From contig CM059441.1 of the NCBI GenBank assembly GCA_030390025.1, positions 21,018,001 through 21,082,000 of the forward strand: a DNA stretch of 64,000 nucleotides, given 5' to 3'. The notes under the pieces were generated by a model that made no database searches, was not told the DNA's origin, and was given only the letters and a program-made list of their open reading frames with translations. This document shows positions 1-11,060 of the stretch, in pieces (position 1 is the first letter of the stretch; each line of letters opens with the position of its first letter). The position numbers were made by a program, and so were the translations under genes. Origin of the DNA: Squalus acanthias (taxonomy: Eukaryota).

Positions 1-1
1 C

Positions 2-268
2 CGCTGTCTGGACCATTCTGGAGGAGCCCTGCAGTACTCGCCTGAGCGAGTATCGAACTTCGTAGTCGTGTGCTGCATGTTGCATAACATGGCAATCCTC
101 AGGACCCAGCCAATGCCACCAGGCCTTGGAGCACCACCAGAGGAGGAGGAGGAAGAGGAGGAAGAGGACGAGGACGATGATCATCAGCAGCACCAAGGCG
201 GGAGGGCGGCCCACAATGGTCAAACTGCAAGGGCCGTCCGTCAACGGCTAATAGCAAGCCGCTTCTAG
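2..268 (+). CDS. C-terminal part of Harbinger DDE transposase (HARBI1-like), 5' part outside window
   Basis: Frame from base 2 reads RCLDHSGGALQYSPERVSNFVVVCCMLHNMA...acidic run...RQRLIASRF*. The RCLD-SGG-LQYSP and CC-LHN motifs are typical of Harbinger transposases. Confidence 0.9.
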   Translation, partial: RCLDHSGGALQYSPERVSNFVVVCCMLHNMAILRTQPMPPGLGAPPEEEEEEEEEDEDDDHQQHQGGRAAHNGQTARAVRQRLIASRF

Positions 269-562
269 GGCCCCTGCCATTGCTAACAACATTAATGAAC
301 CCAGCACGCAACCCCTAAGCCGGCCAAGGCACCAATAATTCCAACCACCAACCATGTATATTTTGAATACAGAAACTTATTTATTTTACAAACTCTGTGT
401 GTGTCAATTCCTCATGACAAACTCATAGAAATAAACACAAAAAAACAGTCAATAACATAACTGGTTCTCACAACCTGGAGATAATGTCCAAAACACTAAA
501 CAAAAGTTGGACCATGAACCTCGACCTTTAATAAAAAAATGACCAGCATTTTGTCACACCTC

Positions 563-2438
563 CTACTTTTTGCCCTTCGAGGGTGATCTCCTTCCCTTGC
601 GCACTTCCCCCCTTCTAACCCTACTGCTCCTCCGTAATGGAACCTCAGTGGCTGCAGCAAGGCTGGTGGAAGGCTGCTGCTCGTCAGACCCTGACACTGC
701 AGATGCCCCTGAAGGACGGCCTCGACCAGTTCTGGGCCTGGAGGGCCTGGCTGCAGACTGCACCAACTCTGCATGGGCGGCAGCAGTCTGTCCTACAGGC
801 GGTGGCAAGTGCAGTGGAGAAGTGACAGTGTTGGCAGCAGGAATGCTGTCATCGTGAGAGAGGACAGCAACTCCCTGCTCGCCCGACACACTGGCACTCC
901 CACGGGGCAGCACTTCAGCATCCGGAGCAATCTGCCGGAGAACAGATTGCTGGCCTGCTGCGGCGCGGTGACAGCCCCGGGGACATGTGCACGAACCATC
1001 GAGGTTGGCAGCAGTCTGTGCTCGCGTGGCCTCAATCTGAGTCTGCATGAGAGCAGTCAGAGATGGGATCACGGCAGCCAGTGACTGAATTGCAGCACTA
1101 AGCATTAGTGTGGCATCCGCCTGTGCTACAGCGAAGTGCTCCACACTCCTTGCCAGTGACTCAATGCATTCGGGCACCCTTCCCACTGCACCCATGAGCT
1201 CAGTGTGCATGCCCACCACCTGGGTGTTCATTTCTGCGATCAGCCGCTCCTCCTCTGCGTCCATTGCAGTAGGAGTGTCTGGCATACTCGCCCTCTGGGG
1301 AGAAGGCCCCCGTTCTTCCCTACCCCCCCCATGGCGTTGCTGCAGCCCGCTGGGTCCTGGAGCTTCACCCTCATCAGACCCTTCCCCCCTGCTCCCCTCC
1401 AGGGAAGGCGTGTTCCCAGTGTGGGCATGGGTTCCTCGGGAGAGGGTGGCACTGATGCTCCGGCTTCCTCTTCCTCCTCGGCTGCAGCATCACTCCCAGT
1501 GGCAGCTTCAGGGCCCGTCTCCTCAGCTGGTGAATCACCATCTGAAAGCAGGGAGGTACAAGAGTGGCTTTAGCGTGAGGACAGGGTGGCAGTAAGGGAG
1601 GAATAAGTGCAGCGAGTTAGCAAGTTGGATTGAAAGTGTCAAAGGCTGGTGTTGTGAGGGACAAGTGGAAGGACAGAGGACAAAAAGGTGATGACCTTAC
1701 CATTGCTGTCCAGAACGGGGTCGGCGTCTCCAGTGGCAACGGGACCGATCACCCGGCTTGCCACAATCCTGTGGACGCGCTCCTCAAGATCACTGAGGGG
1801 TTGCAGCTGAGGCCGCCCTCCACCTGTCCATTGCTGCTGTCTCCTATTATGAGCCAGCTTGGCCTGCAAGAAAAAGGACAGCATCTGAGTAAATATACAG
1901 CCATGGTCTTGCCTGATGTGCCTCCCATAGGTGAATAGCCCTTACTGTATGCAGCCATGGTCTTGCCTGATGTGCCTCCCATAGATGAATAGCCCTTACT
2001 GTATGCAGCCATGGTCTTGCCTGATGTGCCTCCCATAGGTGAATAGCCCTTACTGTATGCAAAGTGTGGAATGTGTGTGTGTGTTTGATGAAAGGGCCAT
2101 AGGTGTTGGATGAGTGTTGTGCATTGGGGTTTTAAGACCCTCTGGCCATAGAGTGAGGTTGAGATGGAGGGATGGAGAGGTATTGAGAAAAAGCCACTCA
2201 CCCTGACGACCCGAGTGAGGTCGTTGAACTTTTTGCGGCATTGAGTATGGGTCCTGGGCACCATGCTCCTGGAGGAGACGCTCTGAGCCACCTCCCTCCA
2301 CACTCTTCTGAACTCACGTGGCAAAGGCCTCCTGCCACTCTCAGGGAAGAGCATACATCTTCTGCGCTCCACCGCGCCAACCAGAGCATCCAAGTCCCGC
2401 TCGGTGAAGCGATGAGCGCGTTCTCTCACCCTCTCCAT
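563..2438 (-). pseudogene. Harbinger Myb/SANT-like DNA-binding protein gene (exons 2438-2202, 1863-1701, 1541-563), 1-bp frameshift near 1430
   Basis: Exon 1 MERVRERAHRFTERDLDALV...WREVAQSV...RTHTQCRKKFNDL is a trihelix/MADF-type Myb. GT-AG junctions are phase-compatible (0 then 1). Exon 3 reads GAACCCAT where the paralogue at 20952 reads GAAGCCCAT. Basic NLS-like C-terminus. Confidence 0.85.
1898..2059. repeat. 54-bp minisatellite, 3 copies, in intron 1 of the Harbinger Myb gene
   Basis: Unit CAGCCATGGTCTTGCCTGATGTGCCTCCCATAG(G/A)TGAATAGCCCTTACTGTATG repeated three times. Confidence 0.95.
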
Positions 2439-2896
2439 GCTTGGCAGCAAAATGGATTCACAGGTCTCTCCAGGCCGAGATTCAAGGCTGCAATGAGCAG
2501 GGTGTGGCTGGGGAGCAAGTGGCCCCCCCCGCTTTAAGAAGTGGCCGGCGCCAGTGTGTCTGTGTTCCCTCGCTAAATGGCAGCAGCTGCGCTGCGCTCG
2601 CGCGCTGAGTTAGCGCCTCACTCCTTGGCCTTTGCGCCTTAAGACAGGTGTGCAGCGCCTGATTTAGCGCTCCACTCACCTCCCGGGGCGGTAAAAGTGA
2701 AGTTTCCAGTCAGTGCCGATAATTAGCGCCAGGCGCTAATATTTGCGTCCAGACGATATTTGCGCCCCAAATGGGGCGCGACCTAATTTCTACCCCAGTG
2801 TGTCATGTATTAATAATATCAGAAATCTGTTCCTAGGATGGTGTATCTTTTGGAATATGGCTATTTCCTTTACATTCCTTCCTGGAGCACAAAACC

Positions 2897-2994
2897 AAAT
2901 TTTTTAGAAGTTGAGAAAGATTAGCACCTGGCGCATATTTTCTCAACTTTTAAAAGTTAGTGCCCCAAACAGGGCTTTAACGAATTTCTCCCCC
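2897..2994 (-). mobile_element. Terminal fragment of a Harbinger MITE
   Basis: Ends AATTTCTCCCCC and is the reverse complement of sequence resembling the MITE start at 37605-37700. Confidence 0.6.
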
Positions 2995-3235
2995 TATTTC
3001 TGTTAAAATAATCGACGGACGAATGTCACACGAATACATTAAACAATCGCCTGCTAATATTGGCAATGGTCATTTCCTGGCTCTTGGGGTGGGATTTCTG
3101 AGCTTGCGGTAGCGACGGCAAACGGCACACACCGACAGTGGGTATCGCAGATCAGGGACTGGCTCGCAAACTGTTTGAATAGACATTAATTAAAAAAATT
3201 AATTGACCATATTGTTTGTTTAAAGTAACACTTAC

Positions 3236-3559
3236 CAATGCCGCTGATTTGTGTCACATAACTGCAGTTCTTCCCTGCTCTGTTGAAGACTGACACGTTA
3301 ATCATTTCACTGGATTTTTTCCCCTGATTATTTGAGGCTGTGCAGTAATATTGATGATGTTGCTGTTTGAAGGATTGACAATGTAGATCCAGTTTATTGG
3401 TGTCAGAGATCTTTGAATCTTCAGACGGGGTCTTTTCGTACCATGTGTACTGAATGGGAAGGGATCCCTGGACAGACTCACAGGAGACTGACACTGAGCC
3501 CCCAAAACATGAGATATTTGGTGGCGATAAATATCTAAGTACAGGAACTGACACGGATT
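3236..3559 (-). CDS. Ig receptor gene A, exon 3: C2-set (FcR-like) Ig domain
   Basis: tttcccacag acceptor, 324 nt, phase 1-1, gtaagt donor. Reads ESVSVPVLRYLSPP...VSCESVQGSLPIQYTWYEK...QYYCTASN... Confidence 0.9.
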
Positions 3560-4017
3560 CTGTGGGAAAGAAACAAACATTCAGATACTGACTGAACATC
3601 TAAAAATCAAATACTCTCCATTTTCCAGCACTTCTGTATCTCAGCCAGGGCCTGCCATGTTGGAATCTCACCGGCACATCTACCTCTCCATGTCTCTCCA
3701 CCCTCCGAGCAGCCTGAACTACCATGTCTGCCATTATATCAGAGCATAGCAGGGCTCCCGATCAGGACAGCAGTAATGATACTGAGGATGTGTCAACGTG
3801 AAAATCTGGCCTAACAATTTCTCTCAGTAGCAGGTAGCCAGCCTCCAATGCTGTTTAATTGTTTGACTCTCGAACATCAATTAGTTGGAGAGATTCTGAG
3901 AAAACCACAGCCGAATATGAGGGAAAAAATTGGAAGATATCTGTTGCACGTTTTGTGGCTTTAAATCACTTTTCTACTCACACTCCCAGATCCATTGAAA
4001 ATTTAACAGGCGGTCCT

Positions 4018-4267
4018 GAACATAGAAAAGGGAGGAGGCCATTCAGCCCCTCGAGCCTGTTCCACCATTCTATTAGATCTCGTCTGATCTGTATCTTAAC
4101 TCCATCTGACCGCCTTGGTTCCGTAACCCTTAATACCCTTGCCGAACAAAAATCTGTCAATCTCAGTTTTGAAATTTTCCATTGACCCCCAGCCTCAACA
4201 GATTTCTGGGCTAGAGAGTTCCAGATTTCCACGACCCTTTGTGTGAAGAAGTGTACCCTGACATCAC
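4018..4267 (-). mobile_element. CR1 LINE 3' fragment
   Basis: Reverse strand reads VEIWNSL.QK.VEA...KLRLTDF followed by the CR1 tail (GGCTCGAGGGGCTGAATGGCCTCCTCC). Confidence 0.75.
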
Positions 4268-4409
4268 CCTCAAGATGCGCTTCAGTTGCCTGGACAGATC
4301 TGGAGTTGCCTTTCAGTACTCACCAGCCAGCGTCTCCAGAATAATCGTGGTTTGCTGCACTCTGCACAACATTGTGCAGCAACGAGATTGGAGCTGCAGG
4401 AGGAACAAG

Positions 4410-5823
4410 TGTAGGGGGTGGTGGTTTGTGTCAGCTTCACCTCTGACTTCTGAGCGGTTCGAATCGCTCCCACTCCCTTGGTTCTAGACCTTGGACTTAT
4501 TTGTGGGTTGTGATAAAAAGTGCAGCAGGCAACTGGTTTTGATGCAAGTATTTTGAGCTTTATTCAAGAAAAGTAAAACACAACACAAACACTCTTAACA
4601 CTCTAAAAGTGGGGAACACTTCAGTACAAGCGAGGGAAATAACATTAGAAGAATACCTCCCCCCTCCCAATCCCACTTTACTAGCTAGGTTGGACTCCAG
4701 AGAACTAGGGATAATGCTCACCAAACGAATCCTTGACAGTTGAGATGGTTCGCGGTTTCGGGGTTCGCTGGACTACCCACTTTTCCTCTGTTAGAGATAT
4801 GGTTTAGAGTCTTTTTAAGTAAAAAGTTTCATAAGGCCCTTGTTGCCGCGAGGTGTCCGATGGTTACTGAGGCAGTCGCTCTGGTCTCTTCTTGTGTGTC
4901 GGCCTACTTCTGGAGCTGTTGGCCTTCTTTGTTGAACTTCTTTCTGTTGCCCCCTCGCCTTGTTGAACTGTCTTCTTCAGAACTGTGGAACTGCCTTCTT
5001 GCAGAACTGTGGAACTGCCTTCTGCCTGCTTGTTGAACTTGTTTCTGTTGAACTGTGTACGGTTGTACTGGAGAACTCGAACTGCTTGCTCTTGTGTAAC
5101 TGCTGTCCTGTCTGTGTGACTCCTGTGCTTCTCCTGTCCTGCTTGTTGTAACTGTGTAACTGCTCCACCCTTGAACTTGTAGGGAACTTGTTGTAACTGC
5201 TGAACTGACTTCTGTACTGGAGAACTCGAACTGCTGTTGAGAACGGGCCTTTAATTATACCCATTGAATCAAATCCCATTCATTGTAAGATTTTGGAGGG
5301 CTTGTTAACTGTAACCTGTTTGTAAATGTGTGAAGTGGTTTTCGGGATGGCTCCATCCTGTCGATCTGTTGTTTAATTGTAGCTGAATTGTCCTCAGGTT
5401 TTGAGTTTCTTGACTGGGTCTGGGATTTCTATAGAGTAATCTGTTTTATGCATGTCTTAATGGGTTCTGTGATGGTTTTGATGGAGCCTGTAATTTTGGG
5501 TGGGACTGCTCTTTCCCTGGGTTTATTGTTAAAATGTTAATGTCTGCTGGGGCATGAGTGAGGTCATCCTGGTTCCCCAGAGAGTGTAATTAACTTCAAT
5601 ACCCAAACTGCATTTACAGAGGTCGAGCCCACCTCCTGTGCAGCCTTTTCTCCCTTACAGGTCCAGACATGTCTTTTAAAATGCCAAAACTTGGTTTTTG
5701 GTCTTAAATTCCTTGTTTTAGGCCCAAATGCATTTTATCACCTTGAGGTAGTTAGAAAAAGTCCTTTTTCCTTCGGGTTTGTCTTCGAGTTTTGGGGGAC
5801 CTGTGAATTTTGAGAATCTTACA
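4410..5823 (-). mobile_element. Solo-LTR-like element family B (1414 bp), present only in copy 1
   Basis: TGTAG...TTACA ends with 4-bp TSD CAAG on both sides. Empty site at about 39993 (GAAACAAGGCGCTG). AATAAA on - at 4559-4564. Internal degenerate GAACTG-rich repeats. Confidence 0.85.
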
Positions 5824-7950
5824 CAAGGCGCTGAGCACACATTGTCTACGGACAAATCCGAGATGGAGGAGAAAGAGGAAAAGGAGCAGGAGGAGGAGGA
5901 GGAAGGAGATTGCGACTCCAACGCAGCACCAATCACTCACATTGCTGCCCGCGATGCCAGCGTTTCCCTTGTAGCTGTAAGGTTCTGTTAGTTACCACCA
6001 CTGGACCGATGTAACAACCACATCCAATGGCCAGTCTCAACTGCCCCGCCCCCCTCCAATCCCACTGACAGAAAGCAGACCTGCTACCAACCAACCACAC
6101 ATTGCACATCCCCCCATTGCTCCCCCTCAATTCATGTCTTCCCATTCATTAACAAGCTGCTGAAAAGGTGAGTTGCCACCCAGCAACCAAAAATGAGCAA
6201 CACGGGAACGTGGTGCAAATTAATATATTTTATGTGATTCTGCTAAAGAACAGAAACTTAACAACATAACAATTTCTCAAACACACATGTGCATACCCTT
6301 GTGCAACTATAAAACTTTACTCTTCCTTTTCCTTCCGCTCCTACGTGGTGCAACCCTCATGGCTTCAGCAGAGGTCGAGGCAGGCTGCTCAGATCCCTGC
6401 TCTGACTGCTGAGATGCTCTTGGTCGATGACCTCTGGGTTTGAAGCCCAACGTGGCCCCCGCCAAAGACTGCTCCACCTGCACCTGTGCAGGGGCAGACA
6501 CAGCCATCGGGAGAGGAGGCAGCATTCCTCTCATGGCCCAGCCGCACTTCACTCCTACCACTCTGCTGGAGAGCAGCTTGGTGCAGATCAGTGACGCGCT
6601 GTAAGGCCAAGGCTAAGGTGTCTGCCATCCTATTTAATGCACCAGACATGTTGACATCCAGAGTCTGCACGGCCGTGGTCAATGCCTGCATGGACTCATT
6701 TGATTGTCGTGACTGATGCTCAACGGAGTTGGCCAATCTATCCATGGAACAAGACATCCTCGCAATGCCCTGCGCTATCAACCCACTCATGCTTGAGGTG
6801 GACTCCTCCAGTCGCTCTGCAATTGTGGACAGTGTGCGTGGAAGGCCTGTCAGTATGTAGCAGATTTTCTGCTGCCCCACAATGATTAGCCTTTTAATCG
6901 ACGGCCCCCGGGGTACAGCACCTGTGTCCAGTTGAGCAGAGTTTGGAGAGGGCTCTGCCCTCCGACGTGGACTCTCCACAGTTGTCCCTGCCGCCACTGT
7001 TGGCTCTTGCTCCCTTGTGAAGTGTGATTTATGAGGTGAAAACTCAACTATCTGTCTAACTGGACTCACTGAAGTGTGAGTATCTGCATTGGTGCGTGGT
7101 AAGCATGAGTCCTGTGATGGTGCACCCTCAGAAGGAATCAGCTCCTCTGAGGATTCATCGTCCGTGAGGTCCACTGACGGCTGCTGCACATGTGAAGGCC
7201 CTGACGGAGAGAAAAGATATGAATTAGTACTGGCAAGGTAAGGATGTAGCAACTTATCATTATGAAGATGATTATATTAAACTCATTGCTGAAATCAGGT
7301 CAACATGACTGAGTGTTTTATGACATGTGGGCCCATGATATTTAATTCTGTCACCAGGTAGCTGGGAGGTCCCCATCTCCAATGGCCAGGGACGGCGAGT
7401 TGCCACTGATCTCCAGCGCTTCCTCCTCTGCAGTTGTCAGCTGTGAGATCTGTCAAGGACCACCTCAGGTTCTCTCTCTCTCTCCCTAGTTTTCTGCGCT
7501 CTCTTCTCCTGCAACGGGAGAAAGAACAGACTTATGAGTGACTGTAAGACATGTGTTCACCCAATGGATGCAGTGCACATGGTGAGGGTGACTATCAGCG
7601 AGCGGCATGAAATTACATAAGGATCAAGGTGAGTGGCAGTGGTGGATGGAGAGATGGGGATGTGAGGAAGTGCATAGAAAGAGAAGGATGTGTGTGCGTG
7701 CAGAGTAAGTGGATGTGACGAGTGATGTGATGGAGTAGGCTTGACAAGACAGGGTGAGGGGGTGGGTGATGTTCTCAATGGGTAGTAGGTGAATGAGCAA
7801 CTGTGCTCACCTTTCCTAAGCTGGTTAGGTCATTAAAGAGCTTCCTGCGCTGACTCCAGCAGCGTGGTATAATGCTCCTGCTGCTGACTTCCTCGCTCTC
7901 ATCCAGGCACGGGTTCTTTGTAGCTTTTTTCCTGCCATTGCTGGGGGTGG

Positions 7951-8024
7951 GCCCGGATAGCTCAGTTGGTAAAGCATCAGACTTTTAATCTTGAGGGTCC
8001 AGGGTTGAAGTCTCTGTTCAGGCG
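7951..8024 (+). pseudogene. tRNA-Lys(TTT) retropseudogene
   Basis: GCCCGGATAGCTCAGTTGGTAAAGCATCAGACTTTTAATCTTGAGGGTCCAGGGTTGAAGTCTCTGTTCAGGCG closely follows vertebrate tRNA-Lys(UUU). It has a damaged B box (GTTGAAG), a 1-nt insertion and no CCA. Confidence 0.85.
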
Positions 8025-8096
8025 TTAGCTTTACCAGCTTGGACTCGATGGGCCGAATGGCCCCCTTCTGTGCTGTAACCATTCTCTGATTCTATG
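7951..8096 (+). mobile_element. tRNA-Lys + CR1 3'-tail chimeric retrocopy (mini-SINE-like) inserted in Harbinger Myb exon 1
   Basis: tRNA body, then TTAGCTTT trailer, then ACCAGCTTGGACTCGATGGGCCGAATGGCCCCCTTCTGTGCTGTAACCATTCTCTGATTCTATG, which matches the CR1 tail at 11847-11920 (reverse strand). Confidence 0.8.
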
Positions 8097-9076
8097 GCCC
8101 CTCTCTGACTCCTCACTGCCTCCAGCAATGCATCAAGGGAGGCGATGTTAAAGCAGGGTGCAGCTTTCCAATTCCTGAGTCTGTCTTTTATGATTGTTGT
8201 CCCTGTTCCAAAGCACCCAAATCCTCCAAATTCCATCTTTGAATTGACCAGTTACATACTTGAGTTGAGATCACATCATGACGGTCCACACCACACCCAC
8301 TACTGCACATACAACACCAAACCCGGGAGTAAAATTATAATGAGCTGGCTGCATTAAAATGCCACATACAGACGCACTGAAATTACTTCTGGGTTTCCCA
8401 TGCGATATCGGATCCCCTGTACCGAGCACGCCTCGAAGTTAATATCGGGCCATTGCATTTAATAGTTGATCCATCAGGAGGTATGATTGGGAGGAAGATA
8501 ATGTCTCAACAATTAATAAAGAGGCTTCTTTTGCCATCAAAACAGTGACCTGGCTTTTCAATTTTAGTTTAGTTCTCTTGTAAAGTTGACCAAAATATCT
8601 AATTGATGATGTGAGCCACCCATCATATCAGGAAACCTATGAAATCTGTTAAGCTCTGTGGATTGATTCTATTATTATTTTTTTCTAGGAATTCATACCA
8701 TTAGTAACGACTTGCTACTCATTGCTTTTGTTATTGTCCGACTATTAGTTTTAGTCTGAATGCAAACATCTGACATTTAATACAGTTCAGAGACAGGAAA
8801 ATGTGGTGAGCATCCCACATGATGTCTGGCACAATATCCTGTAGTTAAAAGAATTGTTCGTCCCATAATACTTGAAATTCTTGGTCAGCTAGTTGGACTG
8901 GCCACAAATTGGGAATGTTCAACATGAGTCGGATTTCCCGACCTCTGCCCGCTACCTGTGAGACTCTGCACTGCTGCGGAGCCTCGGGATATCGGAGCTG
9001 TCATGTTTCCTCCCAGATAAAACATTGATCAGACATTTCAGTAGAGAGTAATAAAGAAAATCACTGAGAAATGTAC

Positions 9077-9403
9077 CGTAAGATATTTGTAGCTCTACAG
9101 CAGACAATGGATCGAAGGCGTGAGATTTTTCAATCCCACAGCTGTACCATCCTGCATCTCCTGGTCGAAGATCCTTCATAGTAACATCAAATATTCCTGC
9201 TGTCTTGTTATCTGTGATTGACATTCTTCGTCGTCTTCCGTGTTGATCATTTGTTTTTACTAAATCTGAACAACTGATAGTTTTCCCGTGACACCAATAT
9301 TTCACATTTGACTGGTACTCCGATTTGTCATAGTGACATTCTATTGTGATCGCTCTTCCCACAACTCCTGTTACTTTATCTTTTACCCACAATGCACCTG
9401 AAA
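9077..9403 (-). CDS. Ig receptor gene A, exon 2: CD300/pIgR-type V-set domain
   Basis: ctcctcag acceptor, 327 nt, phase 1-1, gtacat donor. Reads VSGALWVKDKVTGVVGRAITIECHY...KYWCHGKTISC...RMSITDN...DAGWYSCGI, with the extra C-C' cysteine pair of the CD300/pIgR family. Confidence 0.93.
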
Positions 9404-9645
9404 CTGAGGAGACAACATTTCAGAAATTGAACAGGAAATAACTGCTTAATACAAACAGATACATTTTAATAAGAGTTATCACTCTGTACAGAGGAATCTC
9501 TCCACTCCATCTATTAATACAGTTGAATTCCTTCTAGTTTGTGATGAAAGGAAACATTAATATAGTGCCTTATCACATCCTCAGGATGTGCCAAAGCACT
9601 TCACAGCCAATGATTTACTTTTGAAGTATAGTCACTATTGTTATT

Positions 9646-10095
9646 GTGTCAGCTGTGGCTCAGTGTTTGCACTCTCGGCTCTGAATCAGTAGATTGTGGG
9701 TTCAAGCCCCACTCCAGAGACTCTGAGCAGAAAATCTAGACTGACATGCCAGCACAGTATTGAGGGAGTGCTGCACTGTTGGAGGTGCCGTCTTTCAGAT
9801 GAGACATTAAACCGAGACCGTGTCTGCCCTCTGATGTGGATTCCCATTATTTGAAAAAAGAGCTGGGGAATTCTTCCCGGCGTCCTTGCCAACAATTTTC
9901 TTTCATCCATCATTCAATACGAAACAGATTATCTGGTCATTATCACCTTGCTGTTTGTGGGACCTTGCTGTGTGCAAATTGGCTGACTCTTTTCCTACAT
10001 TACAACATTGGCAACACTTCAAATAAATCATTGGTTGTAAAGCACTTTGGGGCATCCTGAGGTCATGAAAGGCGCTACTTAAATGCAAGTCTTAG
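9646..10095 (+). mobile_element. tRNA-derived DeuSINE (SacSINE1/AmnSINE1-like)
   Basis: A/B boxes (TGGCTCAGTG, GGTTCAAGCCC), Deu core TTGTGGGACCTTGCTGTGTGCAAATTGGCTG and tail GTAAAGCACTTTGGG...AAATGCAAGT. Confidence 0.8.
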
Positions 10096-10149
10096 TTTCT
10101 GACAGCAACAACAACTTGAATTTGATAATCGTCTCCCATTCATCCAGCA

Positions 10150-11060
10150 CCATGGGAACAGCCAAAGGAATGCCCATCCTCTCAACTTCGTTGCTGCAAC
10201 CTGCACTGCAGCAGGATTTGGAGAGGGAAGGTGAACATGGTTCATGCAACCAAGGACATAGAAAGGAAGAGGATTGAGGATCGGCAAGGGAAGATTCAGG
10301 AACTTGGAGATAGATCAATGAGCAGGATATCGAGGGTAGCAACCACAGGATTATTCCCAGTGCCACATGGTAGTCAGTATAAGAAGAGTAAGGTAAGGAA
10401 AGTGATTATTTGTCTGGAGAGATGGTTCAGAAGAAAAGGGTTTCAATTCCTGGCACATTGGGGCCAGTTCTGGAAGAGGAGCGGCCTGTAGAGGACGGGA
10501 GGACTTTACTTGAACAGTTATTAGACCAATGGCCTTGCTGGGAGAGGAACTCGTGCTGTGGGGAAAGAGTTTACACTAAAATAGCAGGTGTGAGGTTAAA
10601 AACAAGGTAAAGAGTCAGAGAGAAGAGCAGAAAGGGAAAAGGATATAGGAATGATAAATGAGGGAAACAAGGGAGGCAAAAAACATCAGATCAGAAAGAG
10701 CAAGGATTGAAAAAAAGGAAGATTGCCAAACAGACAGAGGCACGCGTCAGTTGCATGTAGATAAGAACATAATGTATTCTGTGTAAAATTGGTAAGCTAG
10801 AGGCACAAACTTTTATGGAGAGGTTTGATGTAATAGAATTAACGGTCGTGGCTTCGGGTAGGGTGGGACTGGGAGTTTAACATTGCTGGTAACAAAGATT
10901 TGTCATAAATGTAGGAGAGTTGTATTAATCAAAAATTCCATTACAGCATAATATCGTCGGGTTAATATGGGGCGGGAGTGAAAAAACTAAATCTACTTGG
11001 TTAGAGTTAAAGAGTGAGAAGAAAGTGGTTACTTACTGGAAGAGTAAAATAGACCAACCC
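10150..11060 (+). mobile_element. Old CR1 fragment (ORF1 SGNH-esterase region and start of ORF2 endonuclease)
   Basis: ISRVATTGLFPVPH...LERWFRRKGFQFLAHWGQFW resembles the CR1 ORF1 esterase C-terminus. Downstream are degenerate APE motifs. Confidence 0.7.

Larger units (their letters stand above)
1..2796. mobile_element. PIF/Harbinger transposon A (right part): convergent HARBI1 transposase 3' end and Myb/SANT partner gene
   Basis: Transposase C-terminus on + (2-268) converges on a 3-exon Myb/SANT gene on -, with AATAAA-like signals between them. GC-rich subterminal region 2460-2790 has repeated TAGCGC/GCGCTA motifs. Terminus AATTTCTACCCC ends at 2796 (GGGGTAGAAATT on -). Confidence 0.9.
4268..8451. 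mobile_element. PIF/Harbinger transposon C remnant (HARBI1 3' end on +, Myb gene on -)
   Basis: LKMRFSCLDRSGVAFQYSP...VCCTLHN at 4268-4409 continues after the LTR insertion to ...ARDASVSLVAVRFC* at 5991. Myb exon 3 spans 7200-6307 and ends RRSGRKRKSKVL. Myb exon 1 remnant (APCFNIASLDALLEAVR) near 8160. Terminus AATATCGGGCC ends at 8451. Confidence 0.85.

Noticed and set aside
1898-2059. CRISPR-like array
   Set aside because: Contiguous tandem units with no unique spacers, in a eukaryotic intron.
7951-8024. Functional tRNA-Lys gene
   Set aside because: Mutated B box/T-loop, a 1-nt insertion, stem mismatches, and fusion to a CR1 tail inside a transposon exon.
9077-9403. Rearranging Ig/TCR V segment
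   Set aside because: The exon ends in a splice donor with the G strand included, no heptamer-nonamer RSS is evident, and the Cys pattern is CD300/pIgR-like.
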